From: Hydrolagus colliei
Lineage: Eukaryota
Direction: 5' to 3'
Length of the DNA: 64,000 bases
NCBI GenBank assembly: GCA_035084275.1
Contig: CM068754.1
Coordinates: 13,888,001 to 13,952,000 of the forward strand
In this document: positions 38,573 to 50,305 of the stretch, one piece after another
Numbering within the stretch: position 1 is the stretch's first letter
How the letters are laid out: each line of letters begins with the position of its first letter
The notes under the pieces: model-generated
Databases searched by the model: none
What the model saw: only the letters and a program-made list of their open reading frames with translations
What the model was told of the DNA's origin: nothing
Position numbers and translations under genes: made by a program

Positions 38573-41050
38573 CTGTGTTTGGTGTGTTTGGGTGGTTGGT
38601 GCAGCTTTAAACTCCTGATCTGCTAATGCTTCCCTTGAGTATTCTTTGCACCTAAAGGAAGCAGATCATCAGCACAGGAGGATGTACTGTACTGTGTTGT
38701 AGCTCCTGAAGAGTAGTGATGCGTGGCTACTGAAACAATACTCAGTCTTAAGTCTAATTTAATGGGGGTTGATAATGGTGTAACGTTTAAATAGATATAC
38801 TGTATTATATTAAAAAAGTGACTGAGGTGAGGGCCAGAGGATTAAACGCACACCTGGGCCCCAGTTGAGAAATCCACCAAAGATTGCATCATTGCTTTTA
38901 CATCAGAATCTTCACTTGAAATACTTACTTCACGGATATTATTAAAAAATATAGTTTTGCAATTTCCTCAGGTGGATTATGTGATTTTGATGCATGCTAT
39001 TGAAAGCCCTTGACATTGCTGCTTTCAATTGCTGTTCTCAAACAACTGGGCTTGGCTGTAGTCAATTTATTAATAAAAAAAAGCACTCTTGATACCTTCC
39101 GACAGATTACATTAATTTCCCCTTTTGCACTGGCTCATTATTTGTTTTGTGAACGCATTGTAATAACTAATTCAGTTGGAGCATTTGTTATGCCTGAAAA
39201 TGTATTGAGAGGAATACGTGTTGGAAAGGGATCTAGGTTTAAACAGAAAATAAATAACTCTTTGACTTTTAAACTTGACTGCTGAATACCTCTCCTTGGT
39301 GATTTAGTGGTTGAGAAGTTCCATCACTCTCGCAAATGAACTAAGGCTTCATTGTCAGCTTTGAAATGTTGTATCTCCATTCTGTAGTTGTTACTAACCA
39401 TTAGTTTCGGCTACATGATTTTATAAAGGCATCACTATTCTCTGACATTAAGTTAACAGGGAATTTAAATCTACAGTATTAATCCAGACGTGTTTTGGCA
39501 TAGCTGATTAAACTGTACTTGTATATGCCAATATTGCTGCATACTTGCTGATATTTAATTTAGGTTTTAGTGCAACTTGGGTAAAATGCAGCTCAGTGTT
39601 TACCATATATTGCCAACATTACCTTCCATCAGCTTCATCAATGGTGTCAAATTAGCTGTGGAAGGTGGAGATGCCGCCCTCACTTTTCCAGCTGAATGAA
39701 TAGCAATGACACAGAGATAAACCGATGTAACATGTACAGATAACTGGAAAGAGCAAAAACATGTTCTGCAAACAGGAAAAAAAGCCACTGCAGACATCCT
39801 TGTATCCCCTAAAATAATTACTTGACGTTTTGCATGCCTTTATTCCCTCATGAATAACTTTATGGCAAGCAATAACCTGAGCTGATTTTACAGGAAAATC
39901 ACCTCAGGATGAGAATGCACTCTGGGGTAAACTTTGCCTAGGTGCAAGTGTGCTTTATGTGGTTCTGGGACAGTTATAGATTGCAGTCTGACTGTCCACT
40001 CAAGCATGTATTCTGCAAAATACATTAGCAGCAGCCTGCAAAACCACAAAATAGATGTATTAAGGAAATTTACTTTTAAATTGTTTTTCAGAGTCATAAT
40101 ATAGCAGGTCAGTAATCAAATTGTACCTCATAACACAGGCTGTAAAGAATGTGATTAGTGGCGACAGGGAAGACTCCACATTGAATTATTATTTGATGGC
40201 TTAGTAACACACACTTTCACATGATAAGATATGAAAGCACCAAGGTCATTACTATCTGCTAAATTAGCATTTCAGGGACTTGCCTCTCACAGGGTGAATT
40301 ATGGTACACATCATGTACTGAGGTATCTGTGCATCACAGGCAATGCAGATTCAATTATTTATGTACCCCCTGAAGTGGGTCACAAGGTCACTTCCTTATG
40401 CTATTCTCAGCACATAATCACCAGACTTTCATGTCACCATCCAAAACAGGGTGTAAGATGTGTTTGTTCCAAATCTCTGGAGCTAATTACATCAATAAAA
40501 AAGAATGTACTGCATACTAATATATACGCTTTATATTTTTGTTAACAACAAATTGACTCAACTGACATATGCAAAGTAGTATTTTTCACTCTATTTCATT
40601 GAATTGCGTTGGATTGTAAAGCTTGACTGTATTAGTCAAGTGCATCATATTTACACTATACTCATCATAAGTAATGGGGGATTCAGAGAAATTGAGTGAA
40701 TAGTTAAAGAAGTGAGAGAGTGCTGAATATAGAACGGTTTCAATGCCATCAGTGGCAAAGAGATTCCAAACGCCAAGCAGAAGTGATTGACGGGAAACAA
40801 AAGCATGGCATTTGGGCCTATCAAAGCCAGAAAATAGGTATAATCGAATAAGGTCAAGAGATCCACATCTGGGCTAATTTGAAAGCTTTTGAATGTAATT
40901 TATGCTCCAGCAGAATTGCACTGCGTGAAATAAAAGGGTGGAAAATGCGATGTGATAATTATAACCCACGTACTCCTATGTGCGATGAATCCTGTAACTT
41001 TTGGACAGCCTGTATTGCTTGTTCCCTTAGCTGACTTGTTCTGCAGGTCA

Positions 41051-41207
41051 AATAATAATAATAATAATCCTTGCATTTGATATAGCTCTTGTCTCGACTT
41101 CTAGACGTCTCAAAGCATTTCACAGAATATACTGTAAACAACAACAACAAAATTATATTTGTAGAGCACCTTTCACGTTGGGAGGATGGACGTCCCAAGG
41201 TGCTGAA
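41051..41207 (-). mobile_element. SINE (TTA)n tail fused directly to an L2 (TTG)n tail
   Basis: (aat)n ccttgcatttgatatagc...actgtaaa|caacaacaacaaaattatatttgtagagcacctttcacg. Confidence 0.82.
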
Positions 41208-42894
41208 TGAATTAACAGTATATTTATGGACGAAACACTCTAAAAAAGAAAGGAAATGTGTTACTACACTGGTTCACTGTGACGATAATTCAAGCAAGGG
41301 TCATGGACATCGGCAGCTGAGAGGGGGGCTCATGCCACCACATACCCCCACCCCAGGAATATTTTCACCCACAGCTCCATGGTGGTGGATAACATCCTAC
41401 AGTATAAAATGCATTCACTTAGGGGACGTAGTCTACAACAAATGGAGAGGAAATATACATACAATGCAAATTTATACTTGTATGAGATTGGGAGGACGAA
41501 GGAAGGCGCTTTAACAGTCGTGGCTGGGCAATATAACAATTCATGCATTTTGCACTTATAATGTGTGGATTTTGTAAAGCTGCACTTTGAGTAAATACAC
41601 TATAATCAAGACGAGAAATAATGTTTTCCAAAAGCCCGATGTTAATAATTTAGAGCAGAATAACCTGAATTAACAAATTAGTACTGCAATATTTTACCAT
41701 GAGCAAAATTCAATGCACTGCAAATGGTACAAAGCGTTACAATGGAAACAATTGCATATTCGATGCAAAAAGTTTGTTTGGGGGGAAATTATAAAGTTGG
41801 TAAGACACTGTAAGACATGAAAGTAAAGGGAGGTTAGGATTTATTTTGCCAAAGTAAATGGTCGTATATTACTCTTCTGATGCCTATTAAACTGTCAAAC
41901 AGACAAGGATTTGGCAGCCCAAGTAAGAATGGTCTGGATTTGGCAGCAGTCTGCAAGCACAGCTGTCTCACTGCTGGGTGTTGGTATTTTGGCGTTTGGC
42001 AGCAAAGCACATAATAATCCTTGCATGTGTAAAGAATAGCAGTTTTATAGGAACCATTTATTTGACATAAACTTGAAAGTAAAATTCACATAATATGGTA
42101 ATGTATTATGATTACTCTGGAGTACATAACACTATGGCCGTAGGGCTTTACACAGTTATTGCAAAGTTAGTGTTTGTTTCTCATAAGACGCTTACTTATG
42201 TAAGTTTATATTTATATATTTTTTGAAAAACTGCCATCCCAGCTCAACTGTTAACCTGCTTTACTGGTCTGCTTATTTCCATTAGATAATTAGACTATTG
42301 GGCTTTTGCTTTCACACCCCGACAGAATTAAAGCGATGGTTAACGAAACAGAATCAATTCTACCCTTTCCATCAAATAGCACCATCCTTTCATTTCCTTA
42401 AAAAGCTTGAGGAATTATTTTTATTTGGGTATGAAAGCATTATTTTGGGCCCAGTCGTGCTGCTCTAAATTACAAAGGCATTCTGATCTCTGAGTAATTA
42501 CTGCTATGTTCCTACTTAAAACCCAAACTGTTATCAGTATAACATCGGTTATTAGTGTAACATGCCATAAATTGGAGACGTGCCAGTTTAACAACAGGCA
42601 CATTAACTCCCCAATAACAAGAAAAGATCAGTTGATCCTGGTCAGATCAGTTAGTAGTACCTTCCATTTTGTTGGTGGTGTAGCACTGTCTTTGTGCGAT
42701 GAATGTTTCTTTATCTAGTATTTGAGAGCATCAAGAATTTGGCAAATTGTTGAATCCAGCCTTAATATTTGAAATCTATTTTTATATAGTGCTTCACAGA
42801 ATTTAGAAAAAAAGACTATTTCAGAATGTTCCAAATTCTGGATGCTCTAAATATTACATATAGTAAATATAATAGTAATAGTAACCAAATGCAA

Positions 42895-43000
42895 CAATAA
42901 TCTGTGCATTTGATATAGCGTCTTATCAAGTCTTTGAGACATCTCAAAACCCTTTACAGAATATACTATAAAGTGAATTGACTATATTTTGTGGGTGAAA
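42895..43000 (-). mobile_element. Family A SINE 3' fragment
   Basis: gcatttgatatagcgtc...acagaatatactataaagtgaattgact. Confidence 0.78.
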
Positions 43001-43454
43001 TCGAGATGCATTTGGAATTTCTCAGCAATAGTTGGGGCAGAGTAGAGAAATCATCACTCTGATGGATTTAGCTCAGTTCATTGGAGGGATAAAGAGCTAT
43101 ACAACAGATTGACACTCCAGACAACTAGTAGAACAAGCTTTTAGCAGTAAAACCTGACTTATGGCCTTATAAAGTATATTTTTATCACGGATAATTCAAT
43201 TCCTCTTTATTGATAAACCTTGCTGCGTGCTACTGCACATGTCAGAAGATAATAATTGTAGTTTTTGTTTGTGAAACATCTCAGTTAGTTATTTGTGCTT
43301 GCCTATCAGTAATGAATTGCTGGCTGTTAAACAAATGTTAATTATGTAAGTGTGGTGAGGCCTATCCACCAGACCTTTGTCTGCTGTTAAATTAAAAAGC
43401 TATTACTGTTCGGAAAGTTATTTTACAGTGGAACCAAAACGCTGCTGTGTTGCT

Positions 43455-44438
43455 ACAACAACAACAAATTACATTTATAGAGCGCCTTTCACGTCGGGAG
43501 GACGTCCCAAGGTGCTGCACAGGAGGCGTGTGACCCGAGCTGGGAGGGGAGTGTTTGGGAAGGGGTGAACCACGAAGGGGGGGTAAAAGAGTTGGGGGGG
43601 GGAACAGAAGGCACGATCGAAGAGGAAACTCTTCAAACCGGCCTTGAAAGAGGAAAGGGAAGAGACGAAACGGAGGGATTTAGGGATTGCATTCCAAAGG
43701 GTGGGAGCGGAGAAACTGAAGGCCCGGCCTCCGATGGTGGGGCGGTTCGGGCGGGGGGCTTGGAGCAGGCCAAGTCCTGTTGAATGGAGGGTCCGGGTGG
43801 GCGTGTAGGGGGAGAGTAGATCGGTTAGATAGGGTGGGGCAAGGCCGTGTAAGGCCTTGTAGGTGAGGACGAGGATCTTGAACTCGATCCTCTGGAGGAT
43901 GGGGAGCCAGTGGAGACGGGCGAGGGTGGGGGTTATGTGGTCGCGGAGGCGGGTGCGGGATAGTACACGGGCTGCAGAGTTTTGGATGGCCTGCAGCCTG
44001 TGAATGGAGGAACTGGGGAGGCCGACGAGGAGAGAATTTCCGTAGTCCAGCCGTGAGGTGATGTAAGCGTGCACGAGTGTTTCGGCAGCGCGGGGGGTAA
44101 GATAGTTGCGGAGCCTGGCAATGTTGCGCAGGTGGAAATAAGCGGTGCCGGTCAAGGCGCGGATGTGGGGGAGGAAGGAAAGTTTTTGATCGAACATGAT
44201 GCCGAGGTTCCTGATTGGCTTTGTGAGGTGGAGAGTGCAGCCTTGGATGTTGAGGCTGGCAGCGCCCGATGTGCGGAGGCGCTGGCTTGAGCCAATCAGG
44301 AGGGCCTCGGTCTTACTCACGTTCAATTGCAAAAAGTTGTCCCTCGTCCACGACTCGATGTCGGACAGACATGCTGTCAGAACTTCGATCGTCTGGGGGT
44401 TGAGGGATGAGGCAGAAAGGTACAACTGGGTGTCGTCC
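43455..44438 (-). mobile_element. Young 5'-truncated L2 LINE with 320 uninterrupted ORF2 codons and (TTG)n tail
   Basis: ORF 43475..44545 from DDTQLYLS through FLQLNVSKTE, YFHLRNIARLR, SRLDYGNSLL, HITPTLARLHWLP, GGRAFSFSAPTLWN. GC content is well above the flanks. Confidence 0.95.
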
Positions 44439-45914
44439 AGTCTTTTGCTGCTGCAAAAGTAACCATTGTTCACCGTGACTATTTCAGTAGCAAAACAGCT
44501 ATTCAAACATTCACGTATAAAACAAAGTATGATACAAAGCAGCATTTCTGATAAAGAAGAGAAAGGACAAAGTGTTTAAATAATCACATATTGGTTGAAG
44601 GTAAAACAATTCTGAGGTTTGGCTGGAAACCAAGGATCGCAATACAATAATTATCATATTTATTGTCGCACTTTCATTCAATGAGTTTTAAAACTGTTAA
44701 TGTGAGCAAATCATCTGCAATGACACAATGTACAGGACAAATTATCAAAGGGTGACATTGAAATTCTGGTGAAGAAATCTTTAAGCACGTTATGTGGTGA
44801 AGTGTCTTTAACAGCACGCTCTCCATGAAAACTTTTATACACATGCAGAGGTGAACTTGAATTGTAAATATGCTGAATAGGGTAATAGCATACTTTGGTC
44901 AGCACATTATTGGGGGTAATTCAGCATGAAGTAAAGCCCAAGCAGAAGGCCAATGGGAAAGGGGGGGGTGGTGGGGGTGGGGGGGGTGGAGATTTGGAGG
45001 GAGACAATGATTGCCTCACCAAATTAATTTTGCCAATGAGCTAATGGAAACTCCATTGATACTGGAGTCATTTCTCACAGATTTTTGGTGCCAGCAGCAA
45101 TTAAGAAAAATACTAAGCGACTGATCGAGGATATCTGAACTGTGGAAAATGTAGGTGAAAAATCAGAAGCATTTTCATTCGACTGATCCAATGTTGGATT
45201 GGAATAATTCTTTTTTGAGAAATTGTTTTCACGTTCACATTTTTCACACTTGCAGCATATTTATTACGCCAGAATACTTTATTTCTCTGCACAATGCACA
45301 TCCAGTAAGTACATTTCTAAAATTGTTAGGCTATGTATTTTCTTTATTTCACAATCAATATACATCTTTCTGCACATGTCATATGGATTTAATTCATCAC
45401 TTGTCCACCGAATAACATGCATTCACAGACAGGCATATTTCAATCCCTAACAGTAACTCAATAGTCAGCCTATCACTTCACTTGTAAAAAGTTCTAAAAC
45501 TGAGGATTTGGTTTTAAAATTAGGAGCAAATAGGGAATTTGAAATTCATGTATTTCATATTAAAGGGTTGTGAACATATGGAATAAATTACCAGCCTAAC
45601 ATTTTATCTAAGAGTGGTTTCTCTTGAGTTCAACGATGACCCAACCAGTAAATTGAGAACAGAGTTGGGTCAACTATTTGTGGTGGGCCTGGAGTTTTTG
45701 TACCTGAGTCAAGCGGGTAGACTGATCAATCAACAATATCGATTGATCAGCCTACCTGGCTTGTCAAAGACTTTGGATCAAGTAGGCAAGTTTCTGCGCT
45801 TGGGATTCTGGTGACATTTTGTAGTGTGCTTATATTCATCAAACTTTCACTATCCAATCTTATTCTGTTGTCTGTGACTTTTGTAACAGTGTAATAGTTC
45901 TGTAGTCCAATGTA

Positions 45915-46222
45915 GAGTCCTATAGCTCAACGGTTAGAACATTTGCCTTACAAGTAAGAGACCTGGGTTCAGTTCCAGGCAGTGAAACCTTGGGCAAGTT
46001 TCCTTATTCCACACGCCTGATAATAATCCCTCAAAGAAAACTCTAATAAATTGGTCATTTCAATCCACAATTGTTTGTGGGACACTGCTATGTGCAATCG
46101 GCTGCCATATTTCACCTACAAATATACAGTCAATTCACTTTACATTATACTCTGTGAAGCGTTTTGAGGCGCCTGAAGATGTGAAAAGTGCTATATCAAA
46201 TACAAGGATTATTATTATTATT
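45915..46222 (+). mobile_element. Full-length family A tRNA-derived SINE (~308 bp)
   Basis: A box tagctcaacgg, B box ggttcagttcc, body shared with many copies in the window, (TTA)n tail. Confidence 0.9.
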
Positions 46223-49200
46223 CATAGTTACATTAATACTTTGTTGTTGTCTTTTGTAACAATACATCATCAATGAGCTCAAACACAGGTGATAATTTGA
46301 TGCAATCAGACTTAATCAGAATGCCTTAACGATGCAGGCCATCTGTTGAGGAGAGCACTAGTCTTTTCAGTCTAGACTTGCGGAAGAGTCAGACAGATAA
46401 ATATTTCCTTGTTGAATTGAAGGTGTGCGTCCTGCTGAGAGATCTACAAGCAGGAGAGGTCTACAAGCTGCTTTGTGCTGGTAACATTTATTGACACAAA
46501 GGTTTACTTGAGAAGAGCTTTCAGTGTTCAGAGTGGTGTGGCCTCTCTTTTTCATCTGATTAAAATAGTTCTTTCGAAATTCCAGTATCTACTACCCTTC
46601 ACCGCTCGCTTTGTTTTCAGGAGATCAGTTGAACAGATAAATGTCTGCCATAAATTTCTTCTCAATGGGATAATGTTCAGCCTTTCATAATCCCCATCAC
46701 AACTTTCATTATAGCTGAACACTAGTAATTGAAGGAGTCTATTAAGTAAGGTTGCTGATAATACTTTCACAAGCCAGTTCAGACAATGCATTGGGGATGA
46801 ATGACTGCAGAATGATAGTTGAGTGACGCACTGCAGGCAAAACATTATGAATCATGACCATTTGTGCACTTATCTAGCGGTAGACATAAATGTTTTTTTT
46901 CTTTGAAAGAAACAAACATGCTGGTTTGTCCATAATGACTTTCAAAATAAAGTACATTTAAATGCTTTGAACATATACTAAACGTACATTTCAAATTAAT
47001 TGATACTTTTAGAATATTAGATGTGTGGAAACCAACATCTAACTCCCCCATTTCTCAAATTACATTCCTCGTAAAAGGAACCCAAGAAGTACTGCAAATT
47101 CGACCCACCACCCAAACCCGCATCCCATGATCTTCCATGTCTATCAATTTTTAATATTTACTTTGGAAACAACGCTGGAAGTTTATTCAGTGTAACCTGT
47201 AAATGCCCCCTTGTTTGCCCAGTTGGTAAAACCAATTCCTGTAGTGAAACTGTCACACAGCTCAGCTGAGGACAGTCACAGGGTCGATGTATGTTTTGTG
47301 CTAAGTTTGCTGAACTTGGCTAGGATACCATTGGGAGTGCTTCAACAAGCAGCCATCAGGTGAAGGTCATTCATGTAATCATAATGTGAAGGTATTGGCC
47401 TCCAGAGTGATACCCCAACAGTGAATAATGTGAAATCAAGCACTCCAGATCGCTATCCCACGTGAAGGGCGCTTTATAAATGCAAGTTGTTTGTTTGTTT
47501 GTTTGTGTTTAATAAGCTGCGGCAAAAATATGTGGCAATAAATGGACAAGGTACAAAGGACACCTGGTTCCTGCGGAATGAGTAGGCAGAGACGAAGATG
47601 TAAAAGCTCCTCCACTCCCTTTCGACTTGTGTACAATACCCAGTTGAGGATGCTCCTGAAAGTCTAAAATTTGCTTCATTCAGGGTGTGAGAGGCTTAAG
47701 CTTCACCAAGCCCAGAGCTGATCATTTGTGAACACTGTGTCATGATCATTCTGTTGGCTTGTGCTATGCTTACTTTGAAGGGGGAGATGTAAAGTCACCT
47801 TCAAGGTGGAACTTCTATTGTGTGAATGATATCACAGAATTTATTTACAGTATCACGGTAATAAAAATAAGATTAAAAATGGAAAGTGATTGAAAGTTGC
47901 TCTAGTGTATAAGCAAGTACCGGTACTTCAACTTACCATTAGAAATGTACATTTTATTTGTGATTTTTTGGAACAATTCTGTTTTTTTGTAACAAGTAAT
48001 AATGTCTGTAAGATAGGACATTCTTAAAGTTCATATTAGGGCAGAGATAAATTGCAACTTCCACACTTACCCAGGCTATTTATATTCCTGCAGTATTTCC
48101 CACCTTTTTTATCTTTCTATAACGTAATACAAAATATGACAGCTAGACAAATACTTTCCACGAAGTGGCATTAAATCTTGTTAGAGGTTGTCAGACAATA
48201 GTACATGCAAACTTGGTATTTCTCCACACGCAGTAAGTAATATAGCAATCCTGTTTACCACATTCCTGATGAAAGTAAGCATCGATATGTGCATGCTTAA
48301 TTTCTTCTTTTGTCATGTAAAGGCAAATCTTTTGTTACTGTAGATCTTTATTGTGCGCATGAAAGGGCAGCAGAGTGAACAGTGAGGTGCCTTCTATCAT
48401 TTTTTTGTAGCCTCCGCACAGTTCTATATTGTATTTGCCTAGCTGATGAACAGCTTGGGACGTCCTTCCGACCTGAAAGGTGCTCTAAAAAATGTAATTT
48501 TGTTGTTGAGATGCTACCCTATGTGAGGGCCGCTATGTAAATTATTTCTGGCTATTTGATGATGATTCATCAAGACTTAGAGGATACCTGTCACAAAGGT
48601 GTGGCAGGATCAATTGTGTTTTGAGCAAGTCATAAATAATTCTCTGGTCTTGTTTCTTTTACTTTTTAACCATTAGATATTTTTCAAAGGACGTGCGAAT
48701 AGCATCAGTAAGTCTTTGTTGCTCAGATTTTCTTTCAGCATCGTATCAAAGAAACGCTGTGCCCCCTCCACACAACAACCACAAAGGAACATCATCACTT
48801 CCTACAGCAGTACACATTTTCCATTTCCTCCATCAGTTACCACCTTTGAAGGAGATTGCCATAGCAATGAGAATTTGTGCTCATTGGGTTGAATTTCAGG
48901 CAGTTACTTGCTTAATCCATTATTTTTTGCTATGTTTTGGGGGTAACGGCACAATGATTGAAACACGTTGATGTACATATTAAAAAAAATCTTGGGTCAC
49001 TAAGAATGATATTGGATGCATACTTCTAACATATAAGCAATAGGTCTTTCGAAGAACTCTCATTCTTTAAATTACCTTGAACATCACTTTCATTCTTCAC
49101 TGCCTCTGCTGGAAGCAGGAGGATTTATGTTATGAGTCTACACATCTGTTCATCCATGAACGTGAACTTGTTAGCTCAACAACTTAAAACTGCTTCATTA

Positions 49201-50009
49201 AATTTTAACTGGACTGATAATTGACTTTCTCTTGTCAGCCATTGGGGTTGCATTCAAAATCAAGTGTGTGCGTAAGAGAGATTCACCGATTGACTCTTAA
49301 AATAAGCACTCCAAGAGATTGAATATATTTCCACTGACCTTTGTAAGTTGACTTTCTTTCAGAAGACCTTTCCATTTATATGACATACAATATATTTATG
49401 ATGGACACACAAGGAACAGAAAATGCATGAATTTGTGAATATGTCTACAAGGACTTATTTACAAGCTCTATTAGCGTGGAGCACTTAACTGCAAACTATG
49501 AAGTCGTCTGCAGTCTCAATATTTTATGTTTGAATACATTGTGAATTTCACCTCAACTTCATGAATGACAGTGGCTTCCTCCCTGACCTGGGACATCTGC
49601 AAAATATGGGTACAGCAACAGATGTGTCCATATGCTCTGGGTTTTCAACTCAGCAACTGAAAATAATACTTTATTTGAAAACAATTTCATTTGGCTTTGG
49701 GAATTGCTTTGAATCAGTCACTGGGTTGAATTTGGAATTCTACAAGGTTGGCAATTAGCCAAGGATCTGCTTTCCAAAAACAGACAGGGACTTTATTCTG
49801 AAGACTTATTATTTCTATGTTGCCATGTACCACATTGTTCCCCTGTTGTGGAATGTCTCTGATGACAGAAGGACACTCGTCTCCCACTTGGAGGGGAAGA
49901 CTGAATTCATTTTCTTGAAGCACGAAGCGATTTTTATAAAAGAAATACTCGTTTGAGTTCTTTCTTTTCTTGAAGCTTAATTCCCTCCCTTTGCTCCTCT
50001 CCCCGTCCT

Positions 50010-50305
50010 CTCTGTCCTGAAGGAGCTCACTCCTGCTGGGACACATTCTCATTGATGCCAGCAGCTCTTCAGTACTTGACCCAGATGAGAGAGCACTCTT
50101 CGTGTGTATGCCCAGACAGTGAGTGTCAGCATCCTGTAGAGCACTGTAGCCATCCAATTGCTTACACGTTCGCCACTGCCAGCAGGGTTACTGGATAGTG
50201 AAACAAAAGTGGGTATCGCGGCTGATTTTCTCCCCTTCCGAAGACTGCTGATACCAATTATAATCTCCTAACTGCCATTCTGGCTGAGATTGGCTGGCTC
50301 AGAAA
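50010..50305 (-). mobile_element. Ancient AmnSINE2-like element (a weaker + strand copy at ~47250-47460)
   Basis: Minus strand has ctgagccagccaatctcagcc...ggggagaaaatcagcc...tcactatccagtaaccctgctgg...gacactcactgtctgggcatacacacgaag, in the order I recall for the AmnSINE2 consensus. Confidence 0.55.

Noticed and set aside
44438-44545. ORF 43475..44545 as an independent 356-aa antisense gene
   Set aside because: The first 36 codons are flanking DNA fortuitously in frame with a truncated L2 whose YADD motif is cut. No promoter or expression evidence.
45480-45830. Highly decayed CR1-like pieces (also ~4470, ~7685, ~51750, ~61860-62060)
   Set aside because: Only short motif resemblance; boundaries cannot be supported without a profile search.
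45915-45990. tRNA genes at tRNA-like heads (also ~7770, ~18625, ~36290, ~2930-2999)
   Set aside because: No complete cloverleaf. Four run straight into a SINE body, and the one at ~18625 is an isolated head fragment.
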